Assembly (NCBI GenBank): GCA_963693365.1
Contig: CAVNZM010000013.1
Location: 7,360,982 to 7,424,981 of the forward strand
Reading direction: 5' to 3'
Source: Amoebidium appalachense
Taxonomy: Eukaryota; Protista; Ichthyosporea
DNA: 64,000 bases
Both the position numbers and the translations under genes were made by a program. Shown in pieces: positions 1 through 16,412 of the stretch. The notes under the pieces were generated by a model. The model was not told the DNA's origin and did no database searches. It was given only the letters and a program-made list of their open reading frames with translations. The number at the start of each line of letters is the position of its first letter. Positions within the stretch are counted from its first letter, which is position 1.

Positions 1-899
1 CTTCACTTCCAGCACTGCAAGTAGACGAAAACTTTTAACGGAAAATCGGGGAAAATCCGAGTCCGAACGGTGGATATATGGTGGAAACATGGAATGGAAA
101 TGGTCGTTGAAACGACGCAAATGGATAAGGTTACTATAAGCTATATTTATGACTGTTTAATGATAGGGGCAGGCGAAAGTTTGCATAGATTTGGTGGAGT
201 GGGAGACGCGCGCTGCCCTTTAATGGCATGGTAGAATTATTATTATGGCGCTGATGTGTGCACTGGATAAAAATATTGAGAAGCCTGAAATACTGTTTGT
301 ATTAAGGCATCACTGTGTGTGAGATACACATATATAGATAGCTCTACTACATGTAATGGCATAACCCGAATGAAGGCAGCACAAGATTTACAGCTGGAGA
401 GACACACTTTTAACAATGATTGTGTGTATGTAAACTACAGCAACCATGAATGAAGATCCAGAAATTTTGCAAAATGTGTAAAAGAATAACAAAAGGGAAC
501 AATAAGCGGTATACCCTGCTCCGTAGGGTATATGCGCGGGTAAATAGGAAGCACGGGGCTCTGAGCGCTCCAGAGATAATTGTAAACTACAGTTAATAAA
601 TCATGCATCATCATGTATAAACCAGTTAATGATGAACCTCTAAGAGATGTGTGGCCGTGCCACTTGACCACAGCTACCGTTTGCACAGCAATTGTCTGCA
701 CTTTGTTTTTCGGACGTCTGAATCTTCGTGTGTAGTTGCCTTCCATTGTGTGTGCGTGTGCGTGTCTGTGTGTGTGTGTGTATGTGTGTGGGTGTGTGCT
801 TTGTGCGCTGTCTGTGTACACAGTCTGTATGCTACGGCCGGTGCATGTGTGTGCGTGTGGATGCCACGTTTTGTGTCTGGGTGGGTGGGTGTGGACGTC

Positions 900-1042
900 T
901 GGGGTGTCTGAAAATAGAGCTAAGTCAAAGATCCCTAAATGGGTTTCATCGAATCCAGCATTTATGGCGGCAGGGAGCCATTGCAGGGAAAGGGGAGGCC
1001 ACGGTAGCTTGTAATCATAACTTTGAAGAGAGATGCAAGGCG
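900..1042 (-). CDS. Possible exon of an unresolved minus-strand gene running off the left edge
   Basis: Non-repetitive open segment after ttttccag reading PCISLQSYDYKLPWPPLSLQWLPAAINAGFDETHLGIFD. WPPLSLQWLP resembles the WPSLTxQWLP motif of the RBBP4/MSI1 N-terminus, but no WD40 exons could be linked to it. Flanking repeats are CA-rich on the minus strand, like introns of the other genes here. Confidence 0.25.
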
Positions 1043-1213
1043 CTGGAAAAGAATGGCACATGACCTCAGTGGGATGAGAACGATGGAGCAGAAGGGGTGG
1101 TGGTGGCGGTGATGGGTGGGGGGGGGGAGGGGTGGGTGGGTAATCGTAATGAAGTTATCCAATTGGCTGGATGCCGGTGACGACGGTTTGCACGATGGTG
1201 GCGGTGTGTGTGA

Positions 1214-1305
<92 letters not shown>

Positions 1306-1448
1306 TGTAGAGGGGAAATAGAAGGGAAATAGATGACAGAGAGTGATAAATAATAATAATCGGGCTGGTTGACCATATATTTATAGATTATACCGTGTAC
1401 AAGCAGTGTAATAAGAACCAGTGAGCTTACAAGGGTGCTCTGCCAACG

Positions 1449-1520
<72 letters not shown>

Positions 1521-1521
<1 letters not shown>

Positions 1522-2295
1522 GGGGGCGTGTTGGTGCAATGGTAAGATCTCTGCGTGTCAAGCTCCGAATCGCAGGATCGATCCTGGCACGTACTGACGG
1601 TGCCTGGGCTGCTATGAACTTGCCGTTCGCCTCATCTATTTTTCCTTACACTCTCGCGACCGCGTGCATGCTTTCTCTCGCGGCGGCTCTACGGTCCCGA
1701 GAGTCCAGTGTTCGCTGTGTGGGTAAGGAAAAATACGAGTCACCTCAGTAGGTGACAGGGATCGATCCTGGTTACTTCCGATTTTTGTCTGCTCGACGGA
1801 CCACCGGTCTGGCCGCCCCCTTGAAGCCATCACCCCGGACCACGTCAAGCATTTGTTATCATCCGGCCGTAAGACATGACGTCATGAACAGCACCGGCCC
1901 TCTGACGTCGACGGCGCCCCGCTTGGGCATCCCTTCAGAGGGCCGTGGCATCCCAGCCCAACATTCAAGTGGGAGACCAATCCAAGTCACCGGCCACGGT
2001 TCGGGTCAGCGTCCTGGACATGGGGTTTTCCCTTTTAAGTCTTTATGTTTGTGTATGTGTCCCGGGTCGCTCCCGGCTGGTGTTGTTAAAGTGAGCTGTG
2101 CTAACTTCCCCACTAGCGTTGCTGCGGCTAGAACCGTGGGATAAAGGCGTAACTAAAAATAGTGCCAGTTGGGGTCAATTAGAATCCTGACTTATGAGTG
2201 TGCTATACAGTACGATCTGTGTCTAGGCGGAAGACGGTAAGCTCCCCTGAGGCAGTGCCTCGCTGGGAGTGAAACGGGATAAATAAATAAAAAAT
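1521..2295 (+). mobile_element. tRNA-derived SINE-like element inserted in a (GT)n microsatellite
   Basis: 5' head has an A-box (TGGTGCAATGGT, 1532-1543), a B-box-like GGATCGATCC (1575-1584) inside a CAGG/CCTG T-stem, and GTC at the anticodon-like position. 3' stem-loop at 2242-2269, then an ATAAATAAATAAAAA tail. (GT)n flanks both sides (1453-1519 and 2297-2384). Confidence 0.65.
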
Positions 2296-2386
<91 letters not shown>

Positions 2387-2576
2387 ACGCACAGGCGTGT
2401 TTGTGAGTATGCACGTATTGTAAGTGTGTGAGTGTGGGGTGGGGCGGGGCCGGGGGCGAGGGGGGGGCAGGGAGGAGGGGGGGGGCAAGGAGGGGGGGGG
2501 AGAGGGTGTTTGTGTGTGTGTGTGGGGGGGGGGGGGGGGGGGGGGGGGGAGGGGGGGGGGGGGAGGGGGGAGCGGG

Positions 2577-2758
2577 GAAGAAAAGAAGGTGGGGAACGGG
2601 CTGCAAGCACATTAAATTTGAAGAGGTAAAAGTTCTGAAAGTGGAAGTGTACTCACAGGGTTCAATGGAAGAAAAGAAGGTGGGGAACGGGCTGCAAGCA
2701 CATTAAATTTCAAGAGGTAAAAGTTCTAAAAGTGGAAGTGTACTCACAGGGTTCAATG
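2577..2758. repeat. Tandem duplication of a ~91-bp unit
   Basis: GAAGAAAAGAAGGTGGGGAACGGGCTGCAAGCACATTAAATTT...TACTCACAGGGTTCAATG occurs twice head-to-tail with 2 mismatches. Confidence 0.9.
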
Positions 2759-2893
2759 AAACAAGCTTTTTCTTTCTTCTCCTTTCCTTTCAAACACCCT
2801 CCCCCCCCCCCCCCCCCCCCCCGCCTCCACCCCTCACCCCCAACCCCTACCAACACGTTTACCCATCCACACACACACACACACACATAAACA

Positions 2894-2933
<40 letters not shown>

Positions 2934-2941
2934 CACACACA

Positions 2942-2985
<44 letters not shown>

Positions 2986-3076
2986 GACAGACACACACAC
3001 ACACACACACACACACACCACAATTCGGAATGCCCTGCGGCATTTCGTTTGAGCATAACATCCCCCCACCAATTCC

Positions 3077-3135
<59 letters not shown>

Positions 3136-4359
3136 ACCCTCCCCCACCCCAACACCACAAACACCAACACTACCACCACCACCACGGTGACCACCACTGC
3201 CGCCGGCTACCACTGTGATCACCAAGGTTACCAATATTGCCATAGCATTGTTTTCATCGCAATCTTCCTTTGCAACCTTTCGATGAAGCTTGATAACTTC
3301 TGATGCCTTGCAGTACCGATGGCAAAATCCTGCTTATAATAAACTTATAAAACAACTAAAGTAGGAAAATTGTGCAATCTCGAAGGGGCAAAAAAAAAAA
3401 AAAAAAAAAAAAAAGGCATGAACCACTGAATTCGTGCGCAATCTGGCCTAATTAGCCGGCCGTATATATAGAATCTTGGGCGGGAAGTCTTGGCGCGCAA
3501 TAAGAAAAGTTTTTTTTTTACACACCTAAAAAGGAAAAAGTAGGAATATCCGGAAGGACGGAATATAATGCTCGTATGTTTGAGTTTTATTCCATGCACA
3601 CACAAGCAAGAGGCAATGCGCCACAAGGAATGCCCGAAAAGCAGTGCTCCAATAAAATAAAAAGAATCTTTAACAGAATGATCATACGAAACAGCGGATT
3701 TGCTTCTGGCTTATTCCGCACGTGATGAAAAAATGAAAAGATTCAAATGCTTTGCGGATATACCGTGGCTTTGGTTGGCAAACGGGTATTGTGGTCAACA
3801 AAGCACACATCAAGGTAAGGATTTATGGGTATTTTTTATTGAGGATGTCATAAATCATCGAGGTTGGGAACTAATCGTATCACATCATTCTATTTGTCGA
3901 CATTCGGATATAGCGTCTCACCCAGTCCTTCAAACCACACGTGATTTCAAACAATAATTGGTCTATCACCAACCAGCAAAGTCCTTTAACATTATATATC
4001 AAGTTGAATTTCATAGGCACGTGTTGTTTGGGTGCGCTTGGCTGCACATGTTGAAATAAAAATAGCTTTCAGTGTGAATAATGTAGCTTCAATACCAAAA
4101 ATCAACCGTGCTAAGCCTGCCAAACTACCCCCCCCCCCCCCCCCCCCTGGGGCCCAAAAAAAAAAAAAAAGCCAACGGTGAGTGTGCACTTTCAACTAAA
4201 CATACGGTCACATGCACGTACGTCATATGACGTAAATGGACACAAACACAAACAGGTATCAGCTAATTACGGTCTTGAGCAGCAAAAGGTAAGGCTGTGA
4301 AATACAAGAATCATATGACTATCCACCTGTATTTCACGGGCACATAACCCCGACTGGGT

Positions 4360-9349
<4,990 letters not shown>

Positions 9350-10569
9350 CTTTCAAGTTCAACTTCAGCAGTTATAACGCCCCGCGAGTAGACAAAAAGA
9401 AACAGAAACCCCTAGCCTGAAGACTTGGCTGATTGTTTCGGCGAGACCGTCAAAGAAAGATAGCCAAAAGAGAACGTCACAATTCGGCTGTGAAGCTTTG
9501 GCTAACCACCCATGTAGGTTTAATTTAAGGTGCCTTAAAGCCACGAGGGGAAAATGGAAAAGTCGGGGTGCTGTGACAATGGATTGATTCGAATTGGTAC
9601 ACTGAAGTGTTAGAAGTGACACAATGCTCTGGTGTGCATGGGAGGCCCATCAGCATGACATACATAGCACGTGATATGTAATGCCTTGTGACAGGCATGT
9701 ATTTACAGCTCTCTGTGTTTCGCCGCCCAAGATTTGGGCAGGTACGTCATGCAGTTGCAAGCTCGAGCTCGTGTAAAGTGTCGGTTGCAATATTCCTACT
9801 TTTTCTTGAAAATCCATAAAAATCCGGTTCAAGCTTGTGAGGGCGTCAGCGGAGCTGCGTTCTTGTGGTTTACGAGTGAGCTGCCTGAGTGATGAATAAC
9901 ATAGAAATAGCGTGAGCCGGAACGTATCTACACGGAGTTCGAAACGTGAACAATCACCAGCTGTCACCGGCCTAAAAATAGCCTTTGGCCAAGGTTATTA
10001 TGCCACTGGCATGCTCGCCGGCTCCTGATGGCCACGCTCGAAGACGTATGTACATTCATACGTACAAATAAGAAAGTGATTTCTAGGCCAATAAGGCCTT
10101 GAACAGCATATATTACTGTAATAGTAACTCATCAATTTAAGCTTCTGCAGTGCCCACGCTTCTTATGCATGGGCGTGTACACATGTATGGCCCATCGGAT
10201 CTACTGAACATGGAAACGTCATTTGATTGGTTGCGAAAGCACCTCTTGGAAACCACGGGCCATTCAGTTGCCACTGCTGTAAAAGAAACGGTGGATTGAA
10301 GCATATTAAGAATTTACAAGTGCTTTTATTTTTTTGAAACGGAAAAAGTGAAGATCAAACTCTAGCTGGCACATGGGAGCCGAACGTCATGGCGGCCGCC
10401 AAGTAACTGCCAACGTGTAAGTTCGTTCCGTTCTGGTTCGTTTCTCCCCAGATCAATAGATCAAAGGAATGCGAACCAGAAATGCAAATTTACATAAATC
10501 CCAGATAAGAGAAGAAAAAATTTCACACTTTTATTTTCAACTATCATATTATCATCGCAAGTTTTCAAA

Positions 10570-10731
10570 TTCTGTTGATCGTCACATTGAGTATTTATAT
10601 GATTTTCACACAGTGTTCAGGTATCTCAGTATGCACTTGTTACTGGATAACTCGTGAAGTTTTTATTGTCTTCTCAGTATGCCGTGCATACTTGCATATC
10701 TTTCCGTCGAATAAATCCAGTCAAAAGAAAA
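10570..10731 (+). mobile_element. 5'-truncated LINE 3' end, copy 1
   Basis: Near-identical to the reverse complement of about 19930-20090. Flanked by the direct repeat AAGTTTTCAAA (10559-10569 and 10730-10740), read as a target-site duplication. Confidence 0.85.
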
Positions 10732-10755
10732 GTTTTCAAAGCTTGACACAAGCTC

Positions 10756-10980
10756 CGGGTATCTGCTACACTAGCTGGCAATGTGAACACTTTAGACTTT
10801 TTGTTGAATTCTGTTGGTCGTCACATTGAGTATTTATATGATTTTCACACAGTGTTCAGGTATCTCAGTATGCACTTGTTACTGGATAACTCGTGAAGTT
10901 TTTATTGTCTTCTCAGTATGCCGTGCATACTTGCATATCTTTCCGTCGAATAAATCCAGTCAAAAGAAAAAAAAAAAAAA
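10756..10980 (+). mobile_element. 5'-truncated LINE 3' end, copy 2, with poly(A) tail
   Basis: Near-identical to the reverse complement of 19922-20143. Ends CCAGTCAAAAG(A)14; AAGCT/AAAGCTTG repeated on both flanks. Confidence 0.88.
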
Positions 10981-11060
10981 GCTTGTGACCCGGAGGCGGC
11001 TAGGCGGCACACGAATTTGTTTTTTTGAAATTATCCAGACAAATAAAAAACGATGTAAAC

Positions 11061-11271
11061 CTTTTTCTTTTGACTGGATTTATTCGAGATATGCAAGTAT
11101 GCACGGCATACTGAGAAGACAATATATATATAAAAACTTCACGAGTTATCCAATAACAAGTGCATACTGAGATACCTGAACGCTGTGTGAAAATCATATA
11201 AATACTCAATGTGACGACCAACAGAATTCAACAAAAAGTCTAAGTAGTCACATTGCCAGCCAGTGTAGCAG
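11061..11271 (-). mobile_element. 5'-truncated LINE 3' end, copy 3 (inverted relative to copies 1 and 2)
   Basis: Same ~210-nt sequence on the minus strand with a small (AT)n expansion and a 5-nt deletion; candidate 5-bp TSD AAGGT. Confidence 0.85.
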
Positions 11272-12738
11272 ACCTTCGATAGTCTAATCATTGTTTCCCC
11301 CCTGCCTGTTTGTACGCGACCCCAGTACTAGCTAGTGGGATGCACCTGTATATATGTATATATATATATAGTATATACTAACCGAAGGTACTACATCTAT
11401 AAACAAGTTTACATGATCTAAATATATTCTACGTAAATAGAACAGTTACCCATTGTGTACTTGCTACAACTATCAGATATGTAACGTTAGAGTTGGCGTT
11501 TGGCTCGCCATAAATACCCACCCATGCCCCCTGCTGACACGCTCGGCTGCAAACAAAATTTTTTGGGGACGGTTTCGGAGGCTTTTAGTGGTCACTTCGC
11601 TCGGAGATCTGGAGTTTAGGAGGTAGACCTTTTGAATTGGGCGGCAAAAGATCTATTCTTGTTCATTTGTGTATTGGCGTAACAGGCATTTGTGCGTCCC
11701 GTTATCATGCATTTCATTATGCTATTTCGGACACATATAGTATAAAACTTCAAACTCAAATAGAGCGAGAGACCAGCGTTGTGTTGAATGTGACAAGTAT
11801 TCTCCTCTTGAATGCAGTACGCAATCATGACATTTCTAATTTTAGCATAGATCACAAAAGCCAATCAGCATCACGGAAAGATTTCGAAAGATCTCAGTCC
11901 CAATAGCAGATCCGAAATTTTGCACATGATAACCGGATGTTCAGGTTTGCTCCAAGAAAAAAATATAAATAATCCTTCTTTTTTCTGCTATATTCTCTTT
12001 TCAAAATACTGCCACTTTGACTTCTTGCAGGCCCTACGCTTTGCATACGCAGACGATAATTACGGTAGATCTATGCATGTGCATCGCTCAACGTTTTATT
12101 TTGTCAGTTGCGCACATATCGGTTGTTATTCACCAATCATAAATCGAAGCTCAATCTGCCACGTGCAGATCATAATGACGAGCTTCAAGCACGCAAAGGA
12201 AGGCCTGTGACCCTCAGATGTTATTCGACGTCCTAGAAAACCTTGTGGAGCATGTCGACTCCCACTGTATTCGCTTCAAATCCTTGAATATTCTTTTGAC
12301 ATTATTGGGTGGGAAAAAAATCTCCTGATGTACATGTGCATGTCCATAATAAATATGCACAAGGCGTATTACATGTGTCAAATTCTCAATTGACATGCAA
12401 AACAGCTCTAACATGTACATGTAAATTTATTCACAAGCAACACGATTTATTATGTGCTCATGCCCTTGCCAATTGGTTAGTGAGCAAACTCTGACAACTC
12501 TGTTTTTGGCCTAGGCTAACCTGTCCAATTTATTCAAAGTTTCAACTGCCAAGTTACACTGCTCGGAGCACATCAGTTGCTCTAAATTTACGGAATTGAT
12601 TTGCTAGCAATCTTTTATTATGGTTTGCGCGAGTTATTCATAGCTTTTTGTTTCTTGTTTGTGGGTCGATGTTTGGCACATTCTGCTGGGTTACGAGGTA
12701 AAAAGGAATCATATTAGCACAGAAATATTACTAACAGA

Positions 12739-13884
12739 ATGACTGGACATTCAAACGCAGGTGCTTGTTTGGCCAAAAGCCCAAGCGTGCACACAGGCAG
12801 CCACACCTCCACAGAACCCAGTGGTAACATTTTCTCACGCACATGTGCACTTCCTGTAACATCTGCGCACACGCGGAAGTATTGGGGTTTTGTCATGGCC
12901 CTGTTTACTGCATCAACCTTGTGGTTGGCAATGTTTGGATTGTCTTCACAGACCACAGTGGCTGCTGTTGTGATTTCAAACGTGGGATCAAACGAAAGGG
13001 GAACCGCAAAACAGTTTCCAACGCAAAATGCTATAAACACTGAAGATGAAAAGTGGTTGAATGCGGACAACGAACACCAACCACCCGAAAACTACTACAC
13101 ATATGCAGTCCCCGAACAGGTTGTACCCAAGGCAAGTGCTTGGGCATTTCGTTCGTGCAGGGAGCCAAGCATGCTTGCACTAACGTTTGACGACGGCCCA
13201 TTTCCAACCACCCACCCCATTCTCGATGTGCTAAAGGAGGAGGGTGTAAAGGCAACCTTTTTCGTAAACGGTTTCAACATCGACCCGAAATGCAAAGAAC
13301 GGAAATCAAATAATGCCACGTCACGTTGGGATCCCAACCGGCCCACGTATTCGTATGAGTGTGCGCAAGATGCAGAGTTCATGTTGCAGTGCCAAAATGC
13401 ACTCAGGCGAATGCATGAGGAAGGGCACGAGATTGGCAGCCACACGTATTTCCACGCATTCACACCGGGCCTTAACAACGATGAGCTCCGTGCACGGCTT
13501 TCAGAACTAAAGGATGCCGTGGAGGGCATTCTGGGCAAAGGCACCCTGTCACCAATCCTACGCCCTCCCTATATTCGCACAAGCTACCGCATCACGCGTG
13601 TAGCCTCTACGGAGGGATATGTTGTTGTGCAAGCAAACGTCCACCTGAAGGAATACCGCACGCCCACACTCGAAGGTAAAATGTCGAATATCACTGCTAC
13701 GAGATGGGAAAATGCACTCCGTTGGCACGAAAGAGGAGACCCAGGCATGTCGTCTATGGTGACGTACCAGCACGACTATGTGGCAAATGCCCCCCTGGTG
13801 GCCCGCGAGTTGATTCGCTCAGCGCGCAAGGCAGGTATGCGCGTGGTGACGGCTGGTGAATGTGTAGGATTGGTTCGTAAATAG
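12739..13884 (+). CDS. Polysaccharide (chitin-type) deacetylase, CE4/NodB domain, N-terminal membrane anchor, intronless, 381 aa
   Basis: Motifs ALTFDDGP, KATFFVNG, HEIGSHTYFH, LRPPY and YQHD. Hydrophobic stretch YWGFVMALFTASTLWLAMFGL after a ~48-aa N-tail. Confidence 0.93.
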   Translation: MTGHSNAGACLAKSPSVHTGSHTSTEPSGNIFSRTCALPVTSAHTRKYWGFVMALFTASTLWLAMFGLSSQTTVAAVVISNVGSNERGTAKQFPTQNAINTEDEKWLNADNEHQPPENYYTYAVPEQVVPKASAWAFRSCREPSMLALTFDDGPFPTTHPILDVLKEEGVKATFFVNGFNIDPKCKERKSNNATSRWDPNRPTYSYECAQDAEFMLQCQNALRRMHEEGHEIGSHTYFHAFTPGLNNDELRARLSELKDAVEGILGKGTLSPILRPPYIRTSYRITRVASTEGYVVVQANVHLKEYRTPTLEGKMSNITATRWENALRWHERGDPGMSSMVTYQHDYVANAPLVARELIRSARKAGMRVVTAGECVGLVRK

Positions 13885-15598
13885 TTAGACAATGAATGCC
13901 CGTGCTACTTTTTCCTTATTCTTGCGGCGGGATGGACAGGCTCTGCTCCTAAAATTATTACCATTATGGTGTTGATTGACAAGTGATAATCAATCCATAA
14001 GGCCTAATGCCTTTTCACCTACACCGTATGTTTCTATACATCTGTGATAATTTGAGTTTATTTGCAACATTAGCACAGTGTGTCACGATCATGCTTGCAG
14101 TTGTATGTTTACGGCACACGATCTGGTATGAATGAGTCTTAACTATATGTATTCAGGCATGCACCGATGCGTATGTGATAGCGAGCATTGGAACATTCAA
14201 CATTTTTATGTATGCACTGCTCATTCATGCACATACAAAAGCATCCCACTCACTCAGGCCCAGCAAGGATGAACTTGTTCATTTTGGTGCAATATTCCAT
14301 GCAGGCCATCTGAAAATTTATTCAAAATCATTTATCAAGTCATCGCTATGCCATTGAGATACAGTGCTCGTACCACAACTCTTTCCATAAAATTTGAAAG
14401 AATAACTCCCCCCCCCCCCCCCCCCCCCGGTGGGCCTTCCCGGCAGGAGCGGGACCCTCCTCTACTATCCCAGCCCCCCCCCCCCCCCCCCCCCCCTCCC
14501 CCCCTCCCACCACCACCCCCCTCCCTCCCGCCACCGCCCCCTCCCCCCCTCCGCCCTGAGCCCTCTAGCTACCTCCCCCCCCCCCCCCCCCCCCCCCCCC
14601 CCCATTTTCCCTTCTCCCTCCCCCTTCACCTCCCCCCCCCCCCCCCCCCCCCCCCCCCGCCCCCCAATCCCCGGGGGGCAAATAAGAACGTGACAGCGGC
14701 TGTCAACAAAAGTTAAGAATAAGCACACGGGCCACATTTTGGGGGGGTTTATTATTGGCAGATCTAGAAAGTGTTACTGTATCCAACTGTGGACGATCCC
14801 CCTTATGGGATTTAACGGGGGGGGGGGGGGGGGGGGGGGGGGGGATTTCCTCACTGGGCACGGATAAGCCGAATTTTTTGCGGGAATATTTATATTATGA
14901 AATGAGCTCTCAAAGAATATTCCCGGCGGCTGGGCCACTGATCCTCGAAGAGAAAGGAGAGCACACCTTTCACTCACTCGCCCAAGGGGTGGGCAAGGGG
15001 GTATAAGAAGGGGGAGGGGGGGAGGGGGGGAGGGGGGGGCACATGATGACGAGTGAGCAAAGAGTTATTCTTACTTTTAATAAGCAGGAACCTCAGGTCC
15101 CCGAGGAAGAAAAGGGAGGGAGGGAAAGGGTGGGGATGCACATAGGATGTCGGCGGGAGAAGGCCGGTGGGGGTGGGTGGGTTGGGTTGGGGGGGGGGGG
15201 GGGGGGGGGGGGAGAGGGGGGAGGGGGGGGGGGGGGAGAAGGGGGGGGGAGAGAGATAAGTGGGACACAAGAGGGGAGGGTGAGAGGGAGGGTGGGATGT
15301 TGGAAGGGAAGGGGAAGGGGGTGTTGCGTTTGCAACCCGATTAGTAAACCTTTTGGCACACCATTTGAACATGGGAGAGTCACCTGCCTTTATCAGAGAC
15401 GAGCACATCAAAAGCAACAGAATTTTTGCGGGGGTATGTTTAACCGTTGGTTGTGTGTCTGTGTGTGTGTGTGTGTGCACGTGCGTGCACAAGCGTGTGT
15501 GTGAGTGCACGCGTGTATACGTGTGTATGTGTACGCCGCGCATGTGCGAATGTGTGCGTTTGTGTGTGTTTCGGGGGCGTCAAGGGGTGTGTGTGTGT

Positions 15599-15653
<55 letters not shown>

Positions 15654-15979
15654 GTGGGGAGGGGGGGGGGGGGAGGGGGAGGGAAAAGGGGGGCGACCTA
15701 GTGGCATGTTAATAAAGTAGAATACATTCTATTGAATCGAATTTTTGTGGTAAGGCCGCAATGATTCATCATGACAGGGTATGTAACTTCGGCTCAAATG
15801 TTTATTAGCGCCGCATACTTGTATTTCTGAGATAAGTAATTAATGTTCTCGGAGTTCGTGCTAGGCAGTGGCCCCTGCCAACAACATGTGATCGTGTGGG
15901 CAAAAAATTAAACTTAACATCATTTGAGGGAAACAATACCGTCTTGGAGCCTATCGATATACACAGGAGCCCATTACAA

Positions 15980-16155
15980 TGGCATGGAATACAAAAGAGG
16001 TCGTAAAAAACAACTTTGTCGGACATCATCACGCGTAGCAATTAAAAGGCTCACTGCAACAAACACACACCACAACACGTTCAACCACAATCCCTAGGGC
16101 TAGTACCCACCCGAACTTAAGTCGGTGGCATGGAATACAAAAAAAGTTCATAAAA

Positions 16156-16196
<41 letters not shown>

Positions 16197-16290
16197 AAAA
16201 AAAAGAAGAAAAAAAAAAAAAGAACTTGTGACCGTCATCACGCGTAGTAATTAAAAATGGCTCACTGTAACAAACACACACCACAACACT
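15980..16290. repeat. Diverged ~100-bp duplication between the two deacetylases
   Basis: TGGCATGGAATACAAAA...CATCACGCGTAG(C/T)AATTAAAA..GGCTCACTG(C/T)AACAAACACACACCACAACAC at ~15980-16078 and again at ~16126-16289, the second interrupted by C/A runs. Confidence 0.75.
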
Positions 16291-16412
16291 TGCTATCTTG
16301 CGATAAGTTAGTGTGCTTGCACGAGGAGACCGTTTGTTCAAAGTCGGTACATGGGGAGAAAACATGGCATTGTTACATGTTACTGGAGTTTGCGTTCAAT
16401 GACATTGCCTAA

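Noticed and set aside
1525-1595. Functional tRNA-Asp gene
   Set aside because: The anticodon stem pairs poorly, the T-loop reads ATCG instead of TTCG and there is no poly-T terminator; better read as a SINE head.
2241-2280. Possible HDV-like or hammerhead ribozyme in the SINE tail (CCTCGCTGG; CTGAGG...GAAAC)
   Set aside because: P1 would be only 5 bp with no P1.1 GG or P4, and the hammerhead core CUGANGA is not matched. A simple hairpin explains the sequence.
3230-4300. Scattered splice-like sites and E2F-like motifs (3479-3500) suggesting another gene start
   Set aside because: No consistent reading frame or recognisable protein could be assembled on either strand.
11930-12070. BED-finger-like KKSKWQYF on the minus strand (hAT remnant)
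   Set aside because: Followed by a stop, with no Cys/His ligands or transposase motifs nearby.
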